64,000 nucleotides of DNA from Octopus vulgaris (taxonomy: Eukaryota). The notes below the pieces were generated by a model. It had not been told where the DNA came from, did no database searches, and saw only the letters and a program-made list of their open reading frames with translations. A program made the position numbers and the translations under genes. Position 1 is the first letter of the stretch, and the number at the start of each line of letters is the position of its first letter. This document shows positions 11,046-22,000 of the stretch, in pieces. The stretch covers positions 14,508,001-14,572,000 of the forward strand of contig OX597820.1 in assembly GCA_951406725.2 (NCBI GenBank), read 5' to 3'.

Positions 11046-12193
11046 AGACCTAACTTAATACTCGTTTCTTATGGTTTATGGTTTATTTCATCTGTTTCGT
11101 TCTTATTTATATAGGATCTTTGCCCACTGCTAATATCTCAGCAGTTTTTAATGAAAAACTAAAACTGCCACAGGCTAAAAGGTGAAATATGAACAAGAGA
11201 GAGAAATGTATTTTTGTTTTTCCTGATCTGTGTGGTCCCACCAGGGAAGGTGGAGCCGAACTCCCTTCCCCCCCTGTATAAACACTTCACCCCTACCTCG
11301 ACTCCCTCCGTGTTTCCTTCCTCGCCACCATCGTTAATCACTGGATCACTGACTCCAGTCTCGTCAGACCTTCCCCCCCCCTAACACTCTATCTATCGCT
11401 TTCTTTCTTTCTTTCTTTCCCCCGGTGTATGCGTACATAACAATACAATTGCATTCGGAAACAGGTACATCGGCATAATAATTATTCATTAATTCATGCC
11501 CCACATGCTTAAAAACTGGCGCGCTCATGCATGTACACACGCACAATCGCTTCTAAAACAATCGTACGCGCACTTTGCAGACGCAAACGTAAAAGACCTC
11601 ACACAGAATAACAGAGTTTAACAGGAACAAGTGTACAGGTTTTCAAATAAATAAATGTGCAGAAAGCACATGATCGTACGTACATAAATTGCAGAGGAAC
11701 ATGGCATATGATTTCACAATTAAACACCGAAACTCGTTAAAAGCTATTGCGATATTTCAATACTACACACACATGCAAACATTATTTGAGCCAAACAGGA
11801 AGTCTCTGTGTGGTCGTTCGTCCTGTTAGAAATAACAGCCAAATCGCTCGACGAATTTTTGGTTTGTTTTTTTTAAAAGACGTGTATGTCACAATTGGAA
11901 CGCTTTTGATTATATAGTCTACGGGTTTTCAAATAAATAAATAAATGTGCAGGAGTACATGATTGTACTTGCAAACAGCCAAATCTCTCTGAATTCGCTC
12001 AACGAATTTTTGGCTTTATAAAAAAGACGTGTATGTCTTTGAAGAAGATCGTCACTTTCCGTAAAATTTTTATTTTCTATATATGTGGGGTTATGGTTTG
12101 GAGTGGGGGGAAGGGTGTCTTTTTTCTTCAGAAATATAAATAAACTCACGTGGGTTTATAAGTGACAGTTATGTTACTAGTACCGAATGATCG

Positions 12194-12230
<37 letters not shown>

Positions 12231-12233
<3 letters not shown>

Positions 12234-12553
12234 CATGGCTCGGTGGTTAGAGCGTCGAGCTTACGATAGTGAGGTTGTGAGTTTGATCCCCGTATTAGGC
12301 TGCGTGTTGTGTTCTTGAACAAGACACTTTATTTCACGTTGCTCCAGTTCACTCAGCTGTAGAAATGAGTTGCGATGTCACTGGTGCCAAGCTGTATCGG
12401 CCCCTTGGATAACACTGGTGGCTTGGAGAAGAGAGGCCGGTATGCATGGGCAACTGTTGGCTTTCCACAAACGACCTTGCCTGGACTTGTGCCTGGGAGG
12501 GTAACTTTCTAGGTGGAATCCCATGGTCTGTGTCGTGACCAAAGGAAGTCTCC
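12231..12553 (+). mobile_element. SINE family C inserted in (TA)n
   Basis: Matches 3262-3620; (TA)n on both sides. Confidence 0.85.
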
Positions 12554-12558
12554 TCCTC

Positions 12559-12597
<39 letters not shown>

Positions 12598-12804
12598 TGA
12601 GTCATTATTTCACAGATGCTCTTGTTGCTCATTTTGGCATGTTTTGCCAGGAAGTGATCTGTTATCTTACATGTCTGAAAAAGCACAACATGAACAAAGG
12701 TGCAAATGAGCGGCTGGCAGATGTTACAATGACAATGCTTACAGTGACCAACACTTGCAGAGCACAAATGTGGAGAGACACTTGAACACTGACGCACATT
12801 CAGT

Positions 12805-13033
12805 TTCTTATTTCTTTACTACCCACAAGAGGCTTCACACAGAGCGGACAGACAAACAAACAGATTAAGTCGATTTATATCAACCCCAGTGCGTAACTGG
12901 TACTTATTTAATCGACCCCAAAAGGATAAAAGGCAAGGTCGACCTCAGCGGAATTTGAACTCAGAACGTAGCGGCAGACGAAATACTACTAAGCATTTCG
13001 CCCCGCGTGCTAACATTTCTGCCAGCTCGCCAC
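12805..13033 (-). mobile_element. SINE family A (long-tail subfamily)
   Basis: Reverse complement of 20889-21117; ttcagtttct on both flanks. Confidence 0.85.
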
Positions 13034-14067
13034 ACTTTCAGTTTCTGTCTAGCAAATTTCCACTTGTAGGGCTTTGGTTGGCCTGGGGCTATAACAGAAG
13101 ACACTTGCCCATGGTGTCACGCAGTGAGACTGAACCTGAAACCATGTGATTTGGAGCTGCACTTTTACCTTTGGTGATGGAATCAGATATGTTGTAAGTC
13201 TGGTTTTAGACCTAATGCAAGTTGTAGTTGATGGTGATGATAACTATGATGATGATGATAATGGCGATAATGATTATGATGATGATGTTTGGCTTTATTG
13301 ATCCAGATAATTGGGGAAGCAACTTCAAAAAAATTAGGCTTCAATTTTTCTTGTCAGAGAATCAACATTCAGGTGATCCAGCTAAGCTTTATCTTTGTTC
13401 TGATGGATCTTAATTAACTTCTAATTAACTTTAACAATTCATGCTTTCACGATTCTCGTTAATTTTCATTCACACTTTGATTAAAAATCTCAATGCGTGA
13501 CAAAACTGACTAATGAAATTTTAAACAAATATACTCAATGAGAGTGTCAATCACCGCACTAGTTGTTATGCGGTTTGCTTCTGAATGAATGTGACCCTAT
13601 GAAGGAGGTGCCCAGGGACTCTGCTCTGACAACCCTGCTAGAAATAGTGTGCAGAAAATATGGATGGATGGACACTTTGTATAGATACAGGTGAAAACTT
13701 TGTCTTCATACACAATATCTCATAGTTTGGAAAAATGGGATCGACTGGACTAGTTTCAAACCTCTCTTGGGATTTCCTTCATAGAAGGATGTACCTTGGG
13801 CATCCTTCCTAAAGTATGGTCAACATTCTGATGGAGGTCAGTTAGAATGTGGGTGTGGGTGTTTATGAACGTAGGACACTGACCATGGAACTATATATGT
13901 GCCATGTTTGTATCCTGTCTGATTCAAGTGTAAATGGTAAAACAGGGTTAAAACCATTTTGGTGTTTTGTCTTCTTTCTGTCCATGAAAATGTGTGTGTG
14001 TATGTTATATATAGCTGTTTGAAAGAGAGAATGAAAAAAGACATGTAGATTTAGCGGTCAAGCATGG

Positions 14068-14205
14068 CAGTTGGCATTAAGAAGGGCATCTAGTCATAAA
14101 ATTCATGTCAAATTAGACTAGAGTCTAGTACAGCCTTCCAGCTTGCCAGCCCTGGTCAAACCGTCCAACCCATGCCAGCATGGACAATGGACGTCAAATG
14201 ATGAT
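14068..14205 (+). mobile_element. SINE/retroposon family D 3' fragment
   Basis: gttggcattaagaagggcatc...aaaccgtccaacccatgccagcatgga...(tga)n tail. Confidence 0.7.
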
Positions 14206-14280
14206 GGTAGTAATATATATACATACACACATGTATATATGCGCGTGCGCACACACACATACACACACACACACACACAC

Positions 14281-14480
14281 ATTATTTACATTTGACGGAT
14301 ATTTGTCCTCATCTTGTTTGTTGTTAGCATAACGTTTCGGCTGATATACCCTCCAGCCTTCATCAGGTGTCTTGGGGAAATTTCGAACCTGGGTTCTGTA
14401 ACAACAAACAAGATGAGGACAAATATCCATCAAATGTAAATAATGTACATAATTCCTCATCTCTTAAATACAAAACTGTA
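14281..14480. mobile_element. Short Penelope-like repeat (family P) with an inverted partial duplication
   Basis: 46-bp inverted arms 14281-14326 and 14399-14444 enclose a hammerhead-like core; same family as 15850-16026 and 28600-28780. Confidence 0.65.
14326..14371 (-). ncRNA. Minimal type I hammerhead ribozyme motif
   Basis: Minus strand: GACAC-CUGAUGA-A-GGCUG gaggguauau CAGCC-GAAAC-GUU-AUGCU; intact core and 5-bp stem II, palindromic ACGU in place of stem III, stem I with 2 mismatches. Confidence 0.7.
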
Positions 14481-14481
14481 T

Positions 14482-14516
<35 letters not shown>

Positions 14517-14809
14517 TACACACACACATACACTTATGAAGAGGCAGTTCTAGTCTCTCTTAACCAACTTTAAACTCTACCATAGTTTTGTTGAAGCAGA
14601 GATGACAGCGTCACTAAGCAGATGCACCGTAATGCAGACGATTAGAATTTAGTGAATTCTAGAGAAATTGAAATGACTGAAGGGCATGAAGAACAATAGC
14701 TAAACGAGTGTTTGCCTTCGTTAATCTAGTGAACATTAAAAAGCTAATTAGAAATAATTCTGTTGTGAAGCACAGAGAATATTAGTTCCTGCTTTAAGAT
14801 AAGCCTGTA

Positions 14810-15816
14810 CAGGGATCCCTCGTTTATCGCGGTAGATTGGTTCCGAGACCAACCGCGATAACCGAAGTTTTGTGAAGCAGGGACACCATATTTACTGTAT
14901 TTATTTAACGTGTATTTGGACTTTTAAATCCCTCCTTGTACTCTTAACAACCCACCCATTACAGTAGTCTATTAATAACAAGGGCAACTGTTAAGCAATA
15001 ACACTTTAGATTTAAAAAAATAAAGATTGTTACTGCACTCAACACGAAAGAAGTTGAAAGTAAAATTTGAATGATGATGGTGATGAATTTGCTGTGCAGT
15101 AGAAATGATGATGATGAAGCTCACGGCAGTGCCCTTTCCTGGGACACCTCTTCCACTTCTTCCAAAGGTGCAACTGCAGTAGTAGCAACAGGACTTATTA
15201 AAGGTGGTGGCAGCCGTCTTCTTAATGTTAGCCTCGTCCTTCTTAATGTAGCGAATGGTGGATTTGTTCACGCTAAAATGGTGGGCTACGGCAGCGAAAG
15301 TTCTCCCTTCCTTCAACATATCCAGAAGTTTCACCTTCTCAGCGATTTTCATCATTCTTCGTTTGTGTTTAGGCTCAGTACCAGCCTTGGAAGAAGCAGC
15401 AGATTTGGGAGCTAATGAAGGGGAGGAAAATGCAAAGTTCAATGCAGAGAAACAAAACAAAAAAAAAAAAAATCACACACAGCATAGCATAAAGTAGTAC
15501 AGTAAACCACTCGGTCAGAAAGCTTGAAGCGAAATGGCCACGAGAGAGACGAGGGAAGATAGTGTGGATCTGAGCATCGGTCAAAACCCCAATCACAGGC
15601 CAGATTAGAAAATAGAAAGTTGTGATTCGTCGTCTCCCTCCGTTGCACCAATCACAGCCCGTACTAAGTTCAAATACCCCTGTATATGCATTTTTGCTAT
15701 TTAACGCTTGTTTTGTTGTTCCTAGATGAGGAAATGATATTTATTATTAATATTTTAATGGATTTAATGAAAAATTTTAGGTGTTCATATAAATATATTT
15801 TAAAAATCTGCGAAGC
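14810..15816 (-). mobile_element. Internally deleted Tigger/pogo DNA transposon
   Basis: TA + CAGGGATCCCTCGTTTATCGCG terminus (Tigger-like terminal inverted repeat, TIR) at 14808-14831; transposase remnants inside; the other TIR is not seen, and the element is cut off next to the family P repeat. Confidence 0.8.
15121..15415 (-). pseudogene. Tigger/pogo transposase remnant (CENP-B-type N-terminal helix-turn-helix joined out of frame to a probable acidic C-terminus)
   Basis: LAPKSAASSKAGTEPKHKRRMMKIAEKVKLLDMLKEGRTFAAVAHHFSVNKSTIRYIKKDEANIKK; after about 15193 another frame reads PVATTAVAPLEEVEEVSQERALP*. No DDE domain. Confidence 0.85.
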
Positions 15817-15849
15817 CTTCATAATAATAATAATAGTAATAATAATATG

Positions 15850-16026
15850 GAAAAATACCTTAGGAATGAGAGCTCAGCTTTGAAATTTCCCCAAGACACC
15901 TGATGAAGGCTGGAAGGTATATCAGCCAAAACGTGTTAACTACAAACAAGATGAGGAAAAATATCCGTCAAATATAAATAATGAAAATCATGTGCATAAT
16001 TCCTCATCTCTGAGATATAGAACTGT
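15850..16026 (+). mobile_element. Short Penelope-like repeat (family P) with a mutated hammerhead core
   Basis: gacacCTGATGA(15900-15906)aggctg...cagcc-AAAAC-gtgtt (G12 changed to A); preceded by (TAA)n. Confidence 0.65.
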
Positions 16027-16439
16027 ATCGTTTTCTGCTATTTGGTCCAAGCGTGGGTTGGATAGATCTGCATTATGTGTGGTCTTCAAATTTTTTCAAC
16101 CCTATTTCATCACTTTTCTTTTCTGTATTGTTTTGCAATATGTTTTCAAGCGCACAGTTATAGTTACATAAGCTGTCATCAAACAGCTTGTCTGGATGGG
16201 CCTTGCTGTTAGACATCACAGATAAACCTTGCTATTCGAGGGGTTGCATAGATAGAGCCTGTTTATTGTGAGGCCCTGTGAGGGTGCTCCCCATAAAGTA
16301 AACAAAATTAAACTACAAAAACAAATGCAGACAGATTTTTCTTGATATAATATTTATTTTGTATTGTAGCTAAAAGATAAGCAGAAACACACACACACAC
16401 ACGGATTGATAACTGATATTTGAATTATAGTGTTAGAAT

Positions 16440-16681
16440 ACACACATGCACACACGCACATAGATACACACTCACACATGCACATACATACATGTGTGTG
16501 TGTGTGTGTGAGTAATATATATATATATGTATATATATATGTGTGTATATATGTGTGTATATATATATATATGTGTGTATATATATGTGTGTGTGTGTAT
16601 ATATGTGTATATATATATTTGTGTGTGTATATGTGTGTGCGTGTATATATATATTTATGCTTGTGTGTGTGTATATATATA

Positions 16682-16712
<31 letters not shown>

Positions 16713-16885
16713 TTATGTATATATATGTGTGTGTATATATATATATATATATTTATGTATAATATGTGTGTGTGTGTGTATATATTTATATATATATATA
16801 TTTATGTATAATATGTGTGTGTGTATATATATATATATATGTATATTTATGTATATATTTTCATGTGTACATACGTGCATATATG
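16440..16885. repeat. Cryptic (TG)/(TA) microsatellite
   Basis: Alternating purine-pyrimidine tract. Confidence 0.95.
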
Positions 16886-17294
16886 CTGCAGCTCTCTTTT
16901 AGATCTCTGTCTCTGTTCAGGGGATTTACCACCCACAGTAAACTTTGATAATGGTATGCCACCCCAGTGCATAATGTGTTTTGAGTACAAGGGTAGCAGG
17001 AACCTTGCAGCTTTGCTGTTCTTTTATATCAGATTAAAATATTTATTCTCAGGAAAGGGCTATGACTTCAGTGTGTGCTCAAGTTAAAAGCTAACGAGCT
17101 GAATTATCTAGATGAGAGGCTTAACTTGGTGATAAAGAGATAGACTCGGATTAGGTAAAAATGTTCTGAGATTTAAAATTCTTTAAACGTATGTAACTTG
17201 GAATTACTTTTTAAGAGTTTCAGAAGTGTTTGTCTTTGTTTTTTTCTTCCCCACCACTACCGCTTTTTTTTTTTTTTTGCTACTGCTTGTATTT

Positions 17295-17910
17295 TTTACT
17301 TGATTCACTCATCAGACTGTGGCCATGTGGGAGCACCGTCTTATAGAATTTTAGTTGAACAAATCAACCCCAGCGTTTTTTGTTTTGTGAAACCTGGTAC
17401 TTATTCTGTCCATGTCATTTGCTGAACCACTAAGCTATGTTGGATGTAAACACACCAACACCAGTTGTCAAGCAGTGTGGGGGGGGGACAATCATGCATA
17501 TACACGACAGGCTTCCTTCAGTTTCTACCTACCAAATCCACTCACAAGGTTTTGGTCAAAGGTGGCGAGCTGGCAGGAACGTTAGCACGCCGGGCGAAAA
17601 GTTTATCGGTATTTCACCTGCTGTTACGTTGTGAGTTCAAATTCCGCCATGGTCGACTTTGCCTTTCATCCTTTCGGAGTCAATAAATTAAGTACCAGTT
17701 ACGCACTGGGGTCGACGTAATCGACTTAATCCGTTTGTCTGTCCATATTTGTCCCTTCTTTCAGTTTCTGTCTACCAGATCCATTCACAAGACTTGGTCA
17801 GTCTAAAGCTGTCAGAGGAAAGCACTTAGCCTAAATACTGCACAATGAGAATGAACTCGGGAGCACATGGTTGGGAAGCAAGCACCTTAACCATACAGCC
17901 ATGCCCGTGC
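17295..17910 (-). mobile_element. SINE family B sequence interrupted by a family A copy
   Basis: B tail from 17295, A copy at 17561-17757, B head resumes; about 45 bp of B sequence is present on both sides of A. Confidence 0.7.
17561..17757 (+). mobile_element. SINE family A
   Basis: ggtggcgagctggcagg...gagttcaaattccgcc..gtcgactttgcctttcatcc. Confidence 0.85.
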
Positions 17911-18614
17911 CAGTGTGTCTCGGTACTCTTATTCTCTCAGGACTCTCCGCATCTCGACACAAGCTAAAAACAGCGTGTCGGCTAATAAAGTGTGAAATAT
18001 GAAGGCTGTTGTTCAATTTGTTTTTAAGATGGAAGCGTAGCAAATGAACAATCACTAACCGTGTTACGAAACAAATATACTGAATAAGATATTATTTCTT
18101 ATTTCTTTTAAAGTCTGGCAATTTTACGTCTGGGCGAAAACGATTGAACAATCTGTCTAGACAAAAATAATATAAGCCTTGCTGCAAGGAAATCGCACAA
18201 GGGTGTCTTGTGTCGTAGATCATTTGGTACATTAACTATATTAAGAGAAAAAGGAGAAAAATGAAGAAGAAAATTCTAGAAAACTGAAAGAACCCTTTGA
18301 AAACAAAAACAGTGCAAAACAAAACCGAAAATGCAATTGCTATTGTAGTATACAGCACTTTGGTGTTTTTAATGGAAAAATGGAACATCAGACATGTAGA
18401 TAAAGAAATTGCATCTTTGATATTTTTTTTTCTTTTACTCCATCCCATCCCAGTGCATCATTGTTTTTTGTTTGGTTGTTTTTTTTTTGGTGGGGGGTTT
18501 TGTTGTATTTTTTATTTATTTATTTATTTATTCATTTGTTTGTTCAGTGACAGCTCTGCAGCAAATACAGATGACTGAAGCAATTAAATGTATTAATTTT
18601 TGTTGACTTTGATA

Positions 18615-18925
18615 GTAGCAGTGGTGGTGATGGTAGTGGTGGTGATAATAGCGGTGGTGGTGGTGGTGGTGGTGGTAGTAGTAGTGTATATGTGTGAGTG
18701 AGTGTGTGTTGAGGGGGGACTGTATGGTTGAGTGTGTGTGGGTGGTTGTATAGTTGTGTGTGTGTGTGTGGGGGAGTTGTATGATTGTGTGTGTGTGGGG
18801 GGGCTGTATGGTTGTGTGTGTGTGTGGGGGGGAGCTGTATGGTTGTGTGTGTGTGGGTGGTTGTATAGTTGTGTGTGCGGAGCTGCATGGTTGTGTGAGT
18901 GTGTGTGTGTGTGTGTGGCTGTGTG
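18615..18925. repeat. (GTG)n tract plus G-rich minisatellite of about 29 bp
   Basis: Repeated (gt)n-gggggg-(a)gctgtatggtt units. Confidence 0.85.
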
Positions 18926-19524
18926 TGAGCTTAGGAACTGTTTCTGCTTTCCTTCACCACGATTCCACTCTCCATTATCATCTTTAACTCTGGGAATACC
19001 AGAACCGTTTGGCACTGCTGTAAACATTGTTTGTATTTCACTCGCTTCTTGTGAACCGTCATCATTCTGTTGATAGGTTTCCTCTCTTCTCTTCCATGGC
19101 AACCGTGGAATAGATCTGAGATCTGAGGCAAAGCAGAGAGAGAACAATCATTGGAAAGGTTTTAGAACAGTAACTAAATTGCTTCTCTGTGTGTTGGGCA
19201 TGGCTGAGTGGTTAGGGAGCTTGCATCCCAACCATGTGATTTTCGGTTTAGTCCCTATTGTGTGGCATCTTGGGTAAGCGTTTTCTCCTATGGCCTCAAA
19301 ACTGGCTAATTGCCTTTTCAGTCAGTTCGGTATGGGAAAGCTGTGTGGAAACCCATTATATATATGTGATATATGTGTATGTGTGTGTATTTGTATACAT
19401 GTGTGTGTGTGTATGTGTGTTTATATATATATATATAGGGGCAGGAGTGGCTGTGTGGTGAGAAGCTAGCTTCCCAACCCCATGGTTCTGGCTTCGGTCT
19501 GAGCAAGTATATATGTCATCATTC

Positions 19525-20040
19525 ATGGCCGTGTCGTGAGTAGTTTCCAGATTCAGTCCTGCTGCATGGCATCTTGGACAAGTGTGTCTTCTGCTATAGC
19601 CTCAGGCCGGCCAAAGCCTTGCTAGTGGATTTGGTAGATGGAAACTGAAAGAAGCCCATCGTACGTATGTGTGTGTGTGTGTGCGTGTGTGTGTGTGTAT
19701 TTGTGTATGTGTTTGTCCCCCTGACCATCGCTTGACAACCAATGCTGGTGTGTTTATACACATGGGCATATGGCCTAGTGGTTAAAAGCGTGGTCTACTA
19801 TCCCCAAGATTCCAAGTTTGATTACAGGCAGTGACCTGAATAATAATAATAATGATAATAATAATAGTAATATTGGTTAGTTCACATCCTTGTAACTTAG
19901 CAGTTTGGCCAAAGAGACTAATATAATACATACCAGACTTAAAAAAGGATGTCCTGGGGTTGATTTGTTTGACTAAACCCATCAAAGCATTGCCCCAGCA
20001 TGGCTACATTCCAATGACTTAAGCTAGTTAAAGATGAAAG
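19525..20040 (+). mobile_element. SINE family B with a nested short tRNA-like insertion
   Basis: B head, (TG)n and B tail; interrupted at 19763-19870. Confidence 0.75.
19763..19870 (+). mobile_element. Short tRNA-derived retroposon with a (TAA)n tail
   Basis: gggcatatggcctagtggttaaaagcg (A box) ... agtttgattac (decayed B box) ... tgaataataataat. Confidence 0.6.
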
Positions 20041-20888
20041 TTAAAATATATAACAGTACAAATGAAATGGGTGATAAACTATTGAACTATAAACTCACAC
20101 ATCATGAGTTCAAATCTGCCTTGGGCATTTTATTTTACTTATAAACAGATCACTTTTCTTGAAGTGGTATATAGTTAAGAATAGGCACCAAATTGGTTAG
20201 CGTTGTTACCTGCATTATAAGCCTTAGATGCTAACTCTGGGAATAGCGGTTTTGTAATTTCTTCCATTTCCTATTATGCAACTGAGGCAAAGATTAGAAA
20301 AAGATTTTTCACTCCATGTGATGGAGAAGGAATTTCTTTTATTTGTTTATTATGTTGCCGATTTAAAAAAAACAAAAAAACTATCAGCTTTAAGCTAATT
20401 AAATGGATTTCTATGGCTTGTTGGTTTTAATTTATTTTATTTTTAGTAAATATAATTTTTCTTGATTGTTTTGATAATTAGAAATAGTTGAGAAAAAAAT
20501 AACTAAGTTATCAACTTGACCAAATCAAATTAAGATTTAGCCTCAGGGTTCCGCTCACTGTTGGTTTCTTTTCTGTTTTGTTTTTTTTTGCTGATGTAAA
20601 AACTTGGAATTTAAAAAAGAACAAACAAAAAAAAAGAAGAAAACCCAAAAAGGAATGGCTTCAAGATTCACCACCATTATTCAGTTTCTCTTAATCGTGT
20701 TTGCCTCAAACCCTTCAGTCATGCAAGGAACAAAACAACTCCCTCTCTCCTTCTCTCTCTCTCCTTCCCTTTCTTGCTCTCTCTCTCTCTGTCTCTCGTG
20801 CTCTCTCTCTATTTCTCTATGTCTCTCTAGTCTAGTGCTGATGCCACAATAAAGATCACCCACAAGTTTATATGATATGGTTGACATA

Positions 20889-21117
20889 GGGCGGCGAGCT
20901 GGCAGAAACGTTAGCATGCCGGGCGAAATGCGTAGCCGTATTTCGTCTGCCGTTACTTTCCGAGTTCAAATTCCACTGAGGTCGACTTTGCCTTTCATCC
21001 TTTCGGGGTCGATAAATTAAGTACCAGTTACGCACTGGGGTCGATATAATCGACTTAATCCGTTTGTCCTTGTTTGTCCCCTTCTGTGTTTAGCCCCTTG
21101 TGGGTAGTAAAGAAATA
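20889..21117 (+). mobile_element. Full-length young SINE family A with a perfect 18-bp TSD
   Basis: tatatgatatggttgaca at 20869-20886 and 21118-21135; CpGs retained. Confidence 0.9.
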
Positions 21118-21702
21118 TATATGATATGGTTGACAAACATAGGCAAACAATCTTATGACGGAGAAGCCTCTTCAGTTGTGTCAAATACATGGCAACCCTT
21201 CTAATGCTGGTGCAACGGTAAAATTGTACCCAATACGCTCTACAAAGTGGTTGATGTTAGGAAAGGTATCTAGTTGTGGAAACCCTGCCAAAAGTGGAAT
21301 ACACAAATAAGAAATGGTCCTTTTGATTCATCTTGGAGAGGATTAACTCTGAACAAGAACTGATATGGATCATAGCAACAATGATCCTGCTTCTTCAGCA
21401 TATGAGCAAACGTAAAATAATGATGGTTGACTCCTCATTTATTCTATCAGGGCAGTGGATTGGCTGAGTCTGTAGAGTATCTGCTGAAGTGCTTTGCTGT
21501 AATTGTTGTGGTTCTTTAGGTTTTGAGTTCAAATGCCACTAGTGCTTTGGAGGCATTCACATTGTCAATATGTATGTTATTATACATGAATGTCCTTGTG
21601 TTAATATCCACTTTTCTGTGCTTGTGTAGGTCTGATCGAATTTGTTGAAGTGAATTTTCTACAGCTGGATACCCTTCCTGTTGCCAACCCTCACCTGTTT
21701 CA

Positions 21703-22000
21703 ATCATCATCATTTAATGTCCATTGTCCATGCTGGCATGGGTTCGATGGTTTGACCAGGGCTGGTATGCTGGAAGGCTATGGCAGGCTCTAGCCTGATT
21801 TGGCATGGTTTTCTACGGCTGGAGGCCCTTCTTAATGCCAGCCACTCTGAGAGTGTAAAGGGTGCTTTTACGTGCCACTGGCATGGGTGCCATTTGCTGA
21901 CACTGGTATCTGCCATGACTGTGGTTTTGCTCAGCTTGATGGGTCTTCTTCTCAAGCACAACATAATGCCAAAGGTCTTGGTCACTGCCTCCATGAGGGC
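21703..22000 (-). mobile_element. SINE/retroposon family D
   Basis: (cat)n-ttaatgtccattgtccatgctggcatggg...gggtgcttttacgtgccac. Confidence 0.7.

Noticed and set aside
16430-16948. Long C/V/Y/I- or H/T-rich ORFs (also 9839-10393, 26646-26974, 33884-34595, 53467-53836, 60397-60984)
   Set aside because: Translations of dinucleotide and tetranucleotide microsatellites that lack stop codons.
20654-20852. Signal-peptide-like ORF MASRFTTIIQFLLIVFAS...
   Set aside because: No splice donor; runs into (CT)n; no other support.
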